A stretch of DNA of 61,931 nucleotides, the filler included, from Choristocarpus tenellus KU-1152 (Eukaryota; Protista; Phaeophyceae): the NCBI GenBank assembly GCA_964200185.2. It is 14 parts of 14 records of this genome, joined end to end, with 100 filler letters (N's around TTAATTAATTAA, not from the genome) between each part and the next. Parts side by side here need not be neighbours in the genome. Positions count along the whole stretch, not along the records: positions 35,156 to 38,487 come from CAXNAD020020746.1; positions 38,588 to 41,308 come from CAXNAD020025324.1; positions 41,409 to 44,339 come from CAXNAD020023565.1; positions 44,440 to 48,945 come from CAXNAD020014246.1; positions 49,046 to 55,175 come from CAXNAD020008872.1; 9 more parts are not named here. One strand, written 5' to 3'. Position 1 is the stretch's first letter. The number at the start of each line of letters is the position of its first letter. Shown piece by piece: positions 35,752 to 49,136 of this stretch. The translations under genes and the position numbers were made by a program. A model generated the notes under the pieces. The model saw only the letters and a list, made by a program, of their open reading frames with translations. It did not search any database and had not been told where the DNA came from.

Positions 35752-37876
35752 TTATGACCATCTCACAGCAGAGCAGACCCCTTCAACAGCATCCACAGCA
35801 TGGCCAGTCTGCACGCCTTCCATGCCAGGGTATTGGAAAGAGTAACTGAACGTTCCCAGACCATGTCTGGCCGCACCATGGTGGCCCTCCTTGTTTACAC
35901 ATACCAGCGCACCTTGAAAGGTTGGATAAAACCTGGAACAACAAGTGCCCGACCATCCCCGTTCAATGTCCAGTTGAGACTAGTGATTGAGGGATATGAG
36001 AGGATAGATTGTTGAGAAAATTAAAGAAATTGGAATGTGAAAATGAAGGGAGGGGTATAACCAGTTGTAAATGGTTCCGCAGATCCACAAATGAAATGAA
36101 ACATAGCAGAAGTGTGAGTACACTCGAAACACTATTATGAACTGGGATGGACAAGAAGTGGTTTCACAATGCAGAGCTTGCACCAACACCTGTTTGTCCC
36201 ATGGTGTTTGGTGCACCAGAGGACTGACAGCAAGCAGTATCAGCACATCAAATCCCTGCAACAACTACTACGTGCACATGTTACAGTTCCTGGTATACTA
36301 CTACAAAAATAAAAAATAATCAGGTACCACACCTTGCTATGGCGCACAAGGCTTCTGTACAGGCATCGGCAGGGCTTGACCCCATTCGCATGCTTTCCAC
36401 TGCACGAAATGATGGCAGAAATCTCATCATAACATCTCCATCTCCCGTCGCTGCAGCACCACCCACATCATTGTCCACATAGCAACCTGCTCCTGCCACA
36501 GGGCTATCACCAACCCTGCCAGCAACTTTATTGGCAGCCCCATTGGTGGTAGTACCACATGCCAGGTTTCCCCCGGATCCAGCAACAACCATGCCAATTG
36601 TATCATGGTTGGTAGCAGATACGAGCAGACGAGCAGGATCATCTCTCTCTTCTCTAGCCTCCATTCCCAATCTTGGTCTTGTCTGTTTTTCTGCACTATC
36701 TATTCCCCCTGACTCATTTTCTTCCCCTTCCCCAGGTCCTACTTGTATCACCCCTTCTGTGACAAAACCAGACAATGGTAAGGGCTGCTCGGTAGGAGCT
36801 GGGTATGGTGGGCAACTATCCTGGGCTCCTATCAAGTCTCTGTAGTAGTTTGGCTGGCACATGTCTTGGGACTTCCAATTCTCGTGAGCTATTTGCGAAG
36901 CTTCGGTGGAAAGAGACTCCACATCAAAGCCCATCATCGTTGCAAATGCAGTAGCGCCTTCACCAGCCAGAAATGTATGAGCAGTGTGCTGTAAAGTTTG
37001 CGAGGGAGTGAGCAATAACGCCCTGATGGTTATATCCGTCTGGTGTGTCACACTTGACAAAATCAACATTGAAGCATTTGGTGAAAACTGAACCTCACTC
37101 ACCTCCATCACAGCTCTTGCCACCGAGATAGCATTCTTGACCCTCTGTAGATAGCCTACAGCACCCACCAAATGTCGCGGACCGGACATGATCATCGCGT
37201 CTAAGGTGACTTCGCCACTGCTGTCAGGATGGCCTCCGTATCCTGGGTAGCGTTCAACACATCCCATACCCAGACCACCGTTAACACAAACGCACGAAGT
37301 TTTCACAGAGATTGGCCTTTGCGAAGATATTTCCAGTAAGCGATCATATTGACGGGTACAAGGCTGGAATAGATCCAGGTTGAACGTAAATGAACTCACA
37401 CATACGCTTACCAACGCTCCCTCCGCAACGAATATCCTCACATATATTGCAGCCCTGCATCACAGATTGGAGGGCGAGGGGCGAATCAATCACACAGCAG
37501 TAATCCTGTCCTGTCAGTAAATCATCAATAGGGCTATGATTGACCTAAACATCGAGTGTACTTGGCTTTGGCATGATCAAAAACCTCATTCCCTCATGAG
37601 GTCAAGGATGCACGTGGAAAACCTCTCATAGCTACTCTGTCGCATCAATATACCGTTGTTGCTGACCTGTTCAATACTATCTAGAAGTACATCATCCTCG
37701 AATCTGAAGTCTTCCCCGTTGTTGAGAACATTCCAAGCCCTCACTGTTGCTTGTTTGAAGCTCCCTCCCCATGTATTCACTACTAACGGAAGTTGAGGCT
37801 CACCAGAAAATCCGGTGCACTGCACTATCTCAGGAAATATGAGTAATACGACATAGGTAGCAGAGTTGAGGTACAT
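35752..37876 (-). CDS. AGA: N(4)-(beta-N-acetylglucosaminyl)-L-asparaginase (aspartylglucosaminidase), complete 5-exon gene
   Basis: Exons 37667-37876, 37412-37454, 37103-37242, 36333-36988 and 35752-35932, all GT-AG and in phase. Motifs LVVNTW, GCxxCE..C.GSVGYGGHPD..GEVTLDAMIM, CQPNY, HDTIGM (autocleavage, catalytic Thr), GRVGDSP, ATGDGDVMMRFLPS; hydrophobic N-terminus. Confidence 0.96.
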
Positions 37877-38738
37877 CTAAATATTATGGCAGGAGCAGAT
37901 TTGGGTGAAGGGTGTGTAGGCATGACCATGTGGGACTATCCTTTTGTTTACCGTTGAGAAGGGGAAAATATGGTACAACTCGCCATCACCGCAACATTTT
38001 CAAACCGATTTCATCACTATGAAGAACGCACTCTAATTGGTCAGTTCAAATATGACATTCAAGTGACATCAATGATGGGAGAAATTATGTCTGTCTTACC
38101 ACTAAGATCGAAGTACCCACAACCCCATACGCAAAAGCGGTCTTGATCACCAACCATATTTTGTAATGTCTACTGATCTTCTGTATTTTTTCTTGTTAGG
38201 AGGTGAAGGGGACTAGATTCCTTTCCCTAACCTAAGATGCTCTTCTCGGTTGTAATGGTGGTGGTAGGTTGTGTCTACCTTAACCTAGATTCTGTGAAGT
38301 GCAATTGATATACACTTCTTTAGGGTTAATACTCACATGTGAATAGTTTTCATTGGTTTTCCCCTGGACGCATCTCCAAAATGTCCTAGGGTGTAATAAT
38401 ATATATATACATATGTGAATCGTGTGATTCTGTGGCGGCGTGGTTCACTCAGGCAAGGGTGGCGAAGAGAATCGCCGGGCAAGACGGNNNNNNNNNNNNN
38501 NNNNNNNNNNNNNNNNNNNNNNNNNNNNNNNTTAATTAATTAANNNNNNNNNNNNNNNNNNNNNNNNNNNNNNNNNNNNNNNNNNNNGAGGGTGTTGGCA
38601 TGGGAGGGGGGAGAGAGGATGCAAGGCGTCACAAATCGCGAGACATGACCCCACCAGGATACTAACTCTCACCCTAACACTAAATTTTATGCAAACCCTA
38701 CCACCTACTTCTGTAGAGCATACACTCCAAGGGTGTAC

Positions 38739-40920
38739 CTTATCCTTGTCCACGCGGTCCAGCTCTCCCAACAGCGCTAGTACCTGCAAAGCACTGAGAG
38801 TGTAAAGAATGTGAGGATCATGCCCCTCGTTTCCCCCAAACCTGCAGAGATGACGGTGAGAGTCAAAGTGAATGACATGGTTTATCTGTCTACTACATGT
38901 TATCCAAAAGAGTTCAATGGAGCAATGGGGGCAATAACCACCATCTACTTGCATGGGAACATACCCTTTTTGAAGGCCAGAAACTCATGGCAGTATGTAT
39001 AGTTGGTCGCTCATAAAACCCCCCAAACCCATCCACCACAAAAATTCTGAAAGATAGTAAAGTAGGACTCCCAAAACTGTCAACTATTACTGTAATGCAC
39101 TATGAAATGGTGGCAAATTTCAGCTGTTCACCATCAAACGAAATATAAGGTAAGAGGTGCCAAGTTATCCTAAGTATTCTGTTTCCAAACCGCACAATCA
39201 ATTTATTCCCTAACAAAAACTCCATCAATTACTTCACTTCATCTAACAAAAGGGGCAAATCTGGTGTGCTGGTAAAAATAGCATTTAATATCATACAAAA
39301 AGATTGTTGAAGTCACCCTTACAATTAATATCCCCTCAGCATAGCCCCTTCAATGACGCATCGTGTCACAATGCTGCAGGTGATCCACGGTAAACTCCAC
39401 ATAATCTTTTGCCACTCACCACAGATTTCAAGTAGATTTGGCACTAGTTTCATACATAACCTTGGGTAAAAATCATTGAATGACGTCAACTCTATTTATC
39501 CTGTCCTTGCGGAAGGATTTTTCAAAACCAGGAGGTCCCCCAAAAGGCAAAACATGTGCATCCCTTGGGAGCAAAAAAACTGGCCTAGACACAACATTAA
39601 TGGCAAGAGAACACTGAATGTCTTCAAGGCCTCTTCAGAGCCTATAATATTGTTGCTTAACATTGCGACGATTGCACAGAGTTCAAATCGGCATGTACGA
39701 ATTTCATCAGTGTCACTATAAGGAGCAACTTAAACAGGAAAAAAGTGTCTCGTCGTTTGCTTTTAAAATTGCACGAGTCAAATTCAAAGTTTCAAACTAA
39801 GGAGTTTACAATTATGAAGTAGATCTGAAAAATGTAGCATGAAGATTGCCCCCCTCCATAAATCAGCGAGAGCAGAAATTTGCAGGCGACAAACCACACG
39901 TGGAAGATCACACATGAACCTGTCTACATTCTATGCGACGACATCAAGTTTCGTTCTTGACAATGTCATTCAGTTTGGTGCAAGGCAAAAAACATTGGGT
40001 TAGAGAGCCTTTAGTGCACTGCAGCAGATTGGTGAGGATCGCTTCCCTTGTCGACTTACCCGCCTTCCTCGTGCTGGCAACGCATGACCCAGTTCGTCAG
40101 GTCCTCGGCTCCCATCTCGCTTCTCAGGTCACGACCCATCAAAGCCATGCTCATGAGCCCCCAGTAAACTCCAGAAAGTCGCAAATGCTGCATCCAGCAA
40201 CCAATACAGGAAGGACGATCCGCAGAGAGTAAGTCTGGCGATCATTAAGAAGCAAAAAAAAAAAACTAGACCTACTGGAGCAGGTAAAAGCAGCTTTAAA
40301 CTATGATGTTTATTTCGTTATCACCGCCGCAATTTTTTAGATCATGAACGTCTATTTTGCGTAGTTCTCATACATTTCCAGATGTAGTTGGCATTGGTGA
40401 CGATACTCCGTCTGCAACCGACCGATATTGTGGCGATGGTACGACAACATTCATAAACGGTCATGATGCATTACGCAACCGTGCCACAATCAGGCATGCA
40501 AATCAATCTCCTGCATATAGGCACTTTCGCAAGAAGGTTCTGGTGAGGATTCCTCAAATGAAGTTGTACGTATGTCCAAGTCGTGCCATAGATACCACCT
40601 CCCAGCACACTAGAAATAGGCCCAACCTCTGTCATGCAGTACTCGAATGTGTCCGTCTCTTTAGACACCCTCAACACATATTGTCGATGAAGCTCCTGTG
40701 GAGAATTTGTGCCAAAGGGGTAGAGAGGGGGGGAGGGGTGAACATATAGAAGACACCAATCCAACAATCCAAGAGGATCGATATTGGAGTATACTGTCCC
40801 AAACAGTTGTTGGTTCCAGAGCAGCAACAGATCAAGAGATCTCCTTCCTACCTCAAGGAACCGAGGATTCTCATTAGATTCAACTGTATTTCCTGGATTC
40901 GTCCTTTTGAACGCAGACAT
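38739..40920 (-). CDS. RABGGTB: Rab geranylgeranyltransferase type II beta subunit, exons 1-4 (3' part off contig)
   Basis: Exons 40852-40920, 40627-40695, 40060-40187 and 38739-38841 splice in phase to ...FEYCMTEHLRLSGVYWGL...[32 protein letters not shown]. Confidence 0.95.
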
Positions 40921-41552
40921 TGCCTACTGATTAAGGACTTGGTGAAGAAAATAAGAGAGGAGAGGTGATGTGTGAGAAGTTCTAGGTAGTATGGCGAGCG
41001 ACAAACGCACGACCATGTACACTACAATAATGTACTTCTATTACGTATCATAAATAATGTTGTATGATATAATTCGCCAACCCTGATCCTAACGCTGATC
41101 CTAACTAATATAGGTTGAATTCAATTCATCAAAGGGAAACGTAGAATACGTTGGTTGAACACCACACCACAACGTGTTATTATAGAAAAATAAGCTCCAA
41201 CCAAAATACAAACCTTGTCAGTGTTCTCTTTACCATAAACAGTGGATTCGCAAAATTGAGGATGGAGCGGGACTATGAGGATGGTTGTTTTGCGAAAACG
41301 GTCTTAAANNNNNNNNNNNNNNNNNNNNNNNNNNNNNNNNNNNNNNNNNNNNTTAATTAATTAANNNNNNNNNNNNNNNNNNNNNNNNNNNNNNNNNNNN
41401 NNNNNNNNCCCCCCCCCCCCCCCCCCAAGATACTTTGGGTCTTTCCTTTCTGTGTTTAGATACTGTCAACGACCTAACAGAAATTTATAAAATAGTGAAT
41501 AATCTGATTGTCATTGCTTGGGATTGACGCTACTATGAACACAGATATTCAG

Positions 41553-43145
41553 GGAAGGGATTCCCCTGTCATGGAATGGGACACTGCTGCTGGCCGAGTC
41601 CATGAACACACTGGTGAGAGGGTTTAGTGCGAGGTAAAGTCCTTGAGGTAAAACTAGCCGTGGATTTGGTGATGTTGGACTTGTTGCCGGTATCCCAACT
41701 TTCTAGGGCGAGTAATGAGATCACTCAAAGCTACTAACATAAGGGCAGACCTTCTAATCTTGAAAGAGGTCTACAAGTAGAAACAAGTTGTGTGACTTCT
41801 GCAAGTAGTACTATTTATGAGGGGCCTCTATGACTGCAATTTGAGTACTGTGGAGGGCCCTTTCAACTAAAGATCACAGTCATGTTTTCATGCATATTTT
41901 GAAGAAGACGAGAATTCTGTGTCACATACTTTCCCCTCCAACTCCTTGTGTCAATGGTTCATTTGACAGAGCTACACAAATGCGTTGAGGTACACCAACC
42001 CCACACTCCCTGCTCTGGACGATTGGAAAGGAAAATACTTCTCCCCACAGGAGTACAGGAGCACTATCGAGGCCTTGAAAAATGGAGATGATCGTGTATC
42101 ATTCGTGAGCATCTATCCTGTGAGTCTACAACTTACACTTTGTCACCTTCAATAATGTAAATACAAGACAACTTTGCACCAACACACCAAAGGTCTTTTT
42201 CGTGCACTATTTCTACATATCCAATGTAGCGCTCACAATCGTTTTCAGTGCAGTGATGTAGGATGGACACAGCAAAATCCTAGCAGCAAAGCGCTAATAG
42301 TTTTATTTGGTAGAGGGAGGGGAAGAGATATGCTGATGAACTGTTACATCTCTTGCCTACACTTTACTCTATTCTTCTCTGAAGTTGTACATATCAGATA
42401 GGGCCATATTAGCTGCTAATCTCAACTGCATCTGGGTGCCAAGTTCATTGAGCGCCACACATATCGCTGAGGTGGTCCACAGCCTGGTGTAAAGACGCTT
42501 AGAGAGTGATTTAGACGGAAGTCCGTTTCCTATGAAAAGTAGCTATACACTATGATAGACTTGATACTCAATAGGGCATTGTGCTTAAAATATGCAGCCC
42601 TGGGCTCAAAATGGTCTCACATTGCATCAATGCTGACTCTCCTTGGTCGAAAGGGTTGTCCATGTCAATCCTACGATAACTCTAATTGTGCATTGGCTGG
42701 AGTTGGCTCAGAGTACACACTTGCTCAACTATACTGTAATACCAAATAATAGTAAAGTTCTCAGAACTGCTTCACGATTGACGTCATAATTTTGTAGTTT
42801 GTCCCGGAGAAGAGTCATATTTTTATAAAAAAAGGAACTGCCAAACCTAACAGTGCCTACTACATCAGAGCTACAAACAGCAATGGGCCCAGGACTTGCG
42901 CATTCTTGAACGAATAAACTGACATTGACTGCAACCCTCCACAGATGTACATGGCGATGATTCATCAGAATGTACGCAAGGGCAAGATTTATGACATTCA
43001 TTTCCACAATGAAGCCAGAGATGAATGGAGGTCCTACGAAGGTGCTAGGGAGTTGATATCTGATGTCATCGACATGATCGGGCAGGTGAAGCAACTACCA
43101 TGCGTAGATTTAACAGAGGCCCATTTGATAAACATTCAAGCGTAG
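41553..43145 (+). CDS. 3' exons of an unknown protein, possibly SGNH/PC-esterase-like
   Basis: Putative exons 41553-41613, 41970-42119 and 42945-43145 have canonical splice sites and compatible phases; a YDIHF (DxxH-like) motif lies near the C-terminus. Family call is weak. Confidence 0.55.
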
Positions 43146-44086
43146 AAGAAAGGAGCAAGAAATATAATATTCATCGTGTTAAAACCCTTCCAGTCTTGGT
43201 AATGAAATTCTGCCCTCTGAGAGAAACAAAATGATCTGGTACTACTAACAGTTGTCTTGAAGACCCCCCCCCTATATCGCCATCGAACACAGAAGTGAGA
43301 ACAGACATAAGCAATTTATTTATTTTATGTAAATTTATCTTTCTGATCAATAGACTTTACTGACTTCATAAGCCATAACTCAGAACACAATTTGTAGCTA
43401 TTGCTCAAGGAAGAGAGTTAAATATCCGTAACTATTATCATGCCGCTCCATTCTGGTACATATGTTGTGGTACTTCTCTTTGTTGGATCTCTGTTAAATA
43501 TTTGAGTAGACTGGAAGGGAAACAGAAGAGCATTTTCAGATTTCCGTTGAAATGCTTCTGTTTCCAAAATGAAGAAATGTCGCGTGATTCACCATCATAT
43601 AATTAGGGGTGTGATAACAGCACTTCCTCCCTACTATCACCACCTTTCACATTTTGTCTTAGAGGTTTGAAGAACTGTGGTCGAAATATGGTGAAAGGAA
43701 AGCAATACGTAAGGCTTGAGAACATACAAAATACTACAGAAGATACTGTTAAGAGATTATCATCTAGTGATAGATTTAATTAAAACAGACATAGTCACAC
43801 TGGAAATAATTGAGTGCGAACAAAGAGGCAAACAGTGCCAGACTAAAACTAGCATTGGCCTTCATGGGTAGGGGGGCAAACCCGGTTGAGCGTTCGTGAG
43901 GGATACTCGACTACTCCGTATTGGGTATGTGCACAAGCAAAGGAAAATGCACCCGTACAAAATCTCTGGGTACCGTTTTTTTGGAAAAATGAATTGATGG
44001 TGCGACTACGTTGCGTGAAATTAGAGCAGGTTCTTCACTGCCATAATATTTAGTTTTTATCTTTTCTGTTTTAACGCAGGGGGACT

Positions 44087-44127
44087 CTGATAAAGCCGAG
44101 GTCCCGGGTTCGACCCCGGCGTGAGCA
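44087..44127 (+). pseudogene. Isolated 3' half of a tRNA (Ile-like)
   Basis: CTGATAA AGCCG AGGTC CCGGG TTCGAC CCCGG CGTGAGC A gives an anticodon-loop-like segment, variable loop, T arm (loop one base short) and acceptor 3' strand. No complementary GCTCACG 5' half nearby. Confidence 0.65.
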
Positions 44128-45056
44128 TCACTGTGGTGAGGCAGGGTCCAAACAATCGTGGGGGGTGTTCAGAATCACCAGTTGTGTCATGGGGGCGGTT
44201 TCAGTAAACCCCAAAGCTCTCTCAGCCATCAAACCTTAGTAGAAGTATGAATGAAATCTTGGATCCCATGGATGACACATCACATCCTTGCGACCGTCAA
44301 CGGCAATGGTTCAAAATATTTGGGGGGGGGGGGGGGCGGNNNNNNNNNNNNNNNNNNNNNNNNNNNNNNNNNNNNNNNNNNNNTTAATTAATTAANNNNN
44401 NNNNNNNNNNNNNNNNNNNNNNNNNNNNNNNNNNNNNNNCCCCCCCCCCCTTCCCCCCCCCTAATTATAATTTTGTACACCACTATCGTAACACACCAAT
44501 AATGCAAACCCAACACAAAGTGTAAGTACGGTAATGTTTCCACAACGGTCTTCCATTGACCTTTAGTAGAGTTCCAAATATCTACTACCATACTACCATG
44601 GTATTGTTACACATACTTCAACTAGACAACCACCGGTGACACCATTCTCAAAAAATGAAGACATAGATTGCACAGCAGTAACAGGGAGAATGCACCCTAT
44701 AGGCTCAATACTGTGATATGAATACATACACACACACACACATACATACATACATACTCCGGAGTGCATAATACACTCATACATACACACCTATGTACAT
44801 ACATGTATAAATGTGTACATGTACACAAGCTCTTCAATTGGTGCACCACACATGTTGCTTTCCACCTCACACCAGCTATATTTTCAATCATTTCCACAAT
44901 ACAACAATGAATCTTGACATGGCTCCTCAAAGACCTGAACTTTGCTCCACAGAACAGTTGTGCACATCACATCTTTCAAGGGGATACATTTTTTTCAACT
45001 ATCAATAGGGGTGTCGTACCAGACTTGTGACTTGTATTACAGTCGCGCACACCCAC

Positions 45057-47119
45057 CTCATTTGCTAGGCTATTGAAGAGGAGGAGTGTGACCAGGAGGT
45101 AGTGATGCCTAGTAACGAGAGGAAGGATGCGCGATGCCTGTCGCCTCTCTGCAGGTGTGCCTGGATGATAGGGTTGGGGTTTAGGTTTAGTTTGTGCTTG
45201 GGGGTCTCAGAACAACATGGTCAGCGTATGTTCCACAAAGGCTCTGAGTGTTTGATAGATCAGCACTCGCCGTGGGGACTTTTCTTGAACACCTCTGTGT
45301 GCACTAAGGGTTAGTGCCGGAGGCTAGTTACAGATTAGCTTTGGGAGCTTGACACAGAACTGATCTGTTTTATGTATCAGACTATTCATAAATTTGCACT
45401 TGAGATAACATGCGTGTAGTAGTGGGGTCTGCAGTTAGTGTACCACAATGACGTAAGCACAAGAACCACTTAGTACAGGTGCCCTGTTAACATATGGGTG
45501 ACTTAAAGACCAGTTGCACTTAGGTACTGGTACTAAGTCCAGAAGCACAGGTACCAAAGAGAACGCATGCCGAATTTAAGGACAAGGACCTTGAAGTACA
45601 AGCACACCTAGGTACAGGTATTAAGCTTCAAAGTACAAGTGCCCTCAAGCACAAGTATCCTGAAGTTGCTCAACACATGTATTACCTAGTACAAGTATCA
45701 ACAGGGATTGAGTTGAAGTAATTAAAAAGAGGCTAAGAAACACAAGTCTAAGGTGCAACGACCACATACTCACTGCACATCACAAACTTCGGCACAACCT
45801 CTTACAAAAAAAGACAAACTCAAACGACCCCACCCGTGTTAGAGAAGTAGGCATACCCTAGTTTGATACATATTCACGTTCAACAAAGCCACGCAAAGAG
45901 AGAGAATAAAGCAAGAAGATTATAAAAATATCCATTCCTCAAAGTACTAGTCACACCAAATACACTTAGCATCTACAAAACATACTGTACATTCCGAAAC
46001 CACACCATAAACATCTAAGAAGGTAGTGTATTACTTCAGTTCATGTTCACCCACTTGTTTAAAATCATACATGCATTTAAGCAGTTTGCATTATGGTAAG
46101 ATAGGGGTACCTTCATAAATAAGAAAGAACTTGCTCGGATGGAAAACAAATTTACCATACCCACCACTGCGCAGCTTGATAGCCATCTCCAGGGGGTCAA
46201 TAGACACAAGGCCCATCGTCAGGCCTGCAGCAAACCCAGCACATAACGTGCACACTGCAACAAGCACAATATTGAGCCATTTACTCTCTATCTTGAGGAA
46301 GTCGTCTCCTCCCTCCTCCCCACCCCCACTAGCACCCTCCACCAAATCCTCATCAAGAGATGCCAACGCAGCCTTAAGATGTACAAATCCGATAGGTCGA
46401 ACCGTGTCGGGTGCGAAGAGAAGGAAGGGCAAGAGCGGGAGAGGTTAAAGCAGTAGGGCACGTTAAAACATAACATATGAGCAAGTTATTGGGGGAGTTG
46501 TTTCAACGGCTATTAATGTCAAACACTTTTCGATCATTGATAGCGACCTTTGGATCAATCCCTACTCTTACCGCAACTCCAGCACAGGTCTCGAGCCTGG
46601 CTTAGACTGAGACTACAAGGAACAACAACCTTGACATACTATTGCTAATTCCTTCTTACTTTCCAGAAGTAAAGAGATGGACCAAACCTAATGAAGGTGC
46701 ACTCAAGATCCTGCCATAAATGAGCATACTGGAACATTGTGCCAGACCAGAACCAGACGTGGGAGAAAATGGGGCGTGGGATGGTGAAATTAGCGCCTCA
46801 CCTCCAACAAGTACGTGGGATTCCCTGCTTCTCCCTTGTCTAGATCTCCCCTGCTCATCACGCCCGATCCACCGTCAAGCTGCAGACCTTCGAGATCCCT
46901 AGGCACTAAAGATGAGTATTCGTCCTCGCCCCAAGTTGCGCTGGTCGCCCAAGTCCTCAAAATGACCGGGTTCAAGCCGAGCTCCATAAAGAGTGCCGTA
47001 AGGCCTCCTTCTGATGAAGATGCATCTTCAAACGCAGTCGCAATAGTTTCGACCAGCTCGTGGGACAGGAATGTTGGTGTCGTCTCTGACGAAATTAGAA
47101 TAGTCGACTCGAGACGGTG
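45057..47119 (-). CDS. CNNM/DUF21 metal-transporter family gene, partial
   Basis: Exons 46802-47119 (less certain), 46165-46372 and 45057-45160 give CAGFAAGLTMGLVSIDPLEMAIKLRSGTPAERRQASRILPLVTRHHYLLVTLLLFNSLANE, the DUF21 signature. Confidence 0.92.
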
Positions 47120-49136
47120 CTATTTTACGCGGGGAAGAAAGGAGACGCCGATATTCTAAGCATGTTACCTATGTAGGAAAGCAACTTGATGTCTTGTTGC
47201 ATAAGTCACAGTTGCATAAAGAACAGGGATTCAGATGTGGTGATAGAGGAAGGTGGGATACGTAGAATGTAAACTGTGGTCTTGCCTGTAACGAGACATT
47301 ATGATTAATTCTGTTTTCCTGATCGCATGTCCCCTCCACAGACTTGAGTACGCCGACAACGGAAAGGACCCTCGCCGTACGTAAGGACACCATTGAACCT
47401 GGAGTTATTCCTCCTTCAATTCATCACATAACATTCTCTACTATTTTAGGATTGCGATAAGTAGGACTAACCACTCACTCTCAAGTATAATGTACAAAAA
47501 AATCCTACACGTTCCGCACGCCACGCGAACACAAATCGCGCGATGTTGATATCCTACAAACATACACGTTCACATCAAACCATGAAAGTATCAGGTATCT
47601 TCACAATCCATAGCCCTCATACAACTGTATAGACCTCAGTCAAGTTCATCATTGACATCCTCTTACCAACATGCAAAGGGAAGAGAGTAAAATTTTGGAC
47701 TCAACAAAAATTAATCGAACTTTCAATTTTCCCAACCAACAAATCTTTTAGACATACTAACCTGTGATCTTCGCTCATCAAAAAACTTGTTATACAGTAA
47801 CTTCAAAACACACACCTTTTTATGAATGATCACTGCATCACACCACTTATCATGGAGTTTTTGACCAAATTGCTATTCACCGAACAAAATATTCAACGTC
47901 GTCAAAGTTTAAACTCCCGCAGCAAGGTACGCTCAAAGGATACATACACTCGTTCTGATAGTACATGTAGAGCTCCATGATGTATACAATAATACTGCTG
48001 CCATGACTATGAGGATAACATATCAACAATTCAACTTCAATCTTCTTCACTCCCTAAACCAAACCTCTACAACAAGCTAAGATATATATGTTTATCTGTA
48101 CCTTCATGTTGGTATCTGATTTTGTGACCCCTTTAGAGAGATAAGAACCCGATTATTCTATGTGGAATAAACACAGTGTTCAAATTTCGATATTACGCCA
48201 CAAATGCGATTATTGTTACAAAGGTCTTTTACACTGTTGCACACCCTTTTTCCCTTTTCTCCTGTCCCTCCTACTGAACGTGTTGTCTTCCTATCCTTCC
48301 CTCTGTTCTGGTAAATCAGATGCTGTCATTTCCGATTTCCACGAGATCAGTAACAAAGGTGTATGTGAAGAGATGCGACTATTGATGAATAAACATTTGC
48401 TAAGTCTCTTGTCCAACTGAGTCATACACAGAAGGGAGAAAGCAAAGGGAGACAAAATAAGAGTACAATTCACCATCTACCCCAATCTCCAAGCAAATGC
48501 ATGTCTATTGTAGTGGAAATATGAGGGGGTTTCTGTATCCCCTTAAATGTGCACACCCTGCACTCCATTTGATGTCATGCCACTAACGACTCTGTCGCTC
48601 CAGTCTTTTGATATTTTTATGCAGCATCTACCAGTTATTTTTCTGCGCATGATATGAAAGGTCAACGCATTGCAATCTTTAACCCTACTTATTTTGCATG
48701 GTGTCCAAAACACCTGCATAATACTCAGGAAACAGTATGCCTCACCACGCAAGGTAGGATGATTGCATATCAATAGTAATGAAATGATGATTAGTAGTGA
48801 AAGGTACAATGATCCTGTTGATGATGACAACATTACTTATGCACAAAGTACAGTACAGAACAGCAGCAGTTTGTGACTGGTGCTTGCCTCGAAAGTCCGA
48901 TAGTGTCTTGGAGGGGGGATCAGGCGTCAATTTGGGGCCTGTGTGNNNNNNNNNNNNNNNNNNNNNNNNNNNNNNNNNNNNNNNNNNNNTTAATTAATTA
49001 ANNNNNNNNNNNNNNNNNNNNNNNNNNNNNNNNNNNNNNNNNNNNCCGGATGTACTATCTCATTAGTTACATCGCATGGACTCAATTCAACACAATAATT
49101 TAATATACACAAGATAAGATGCACCTCACTATTGTC

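Noticed and set aside
37877-37892. 16-mer CTGCCATAATATTTAG directly before the AGA start codon and again at 44038-44053 (possible spliced leader or promoter motif)
   Set aside because: About one chance 16-mer match is expected in 62 kb on both strands; it is absent before the RABGGTB start and the match does not extend.
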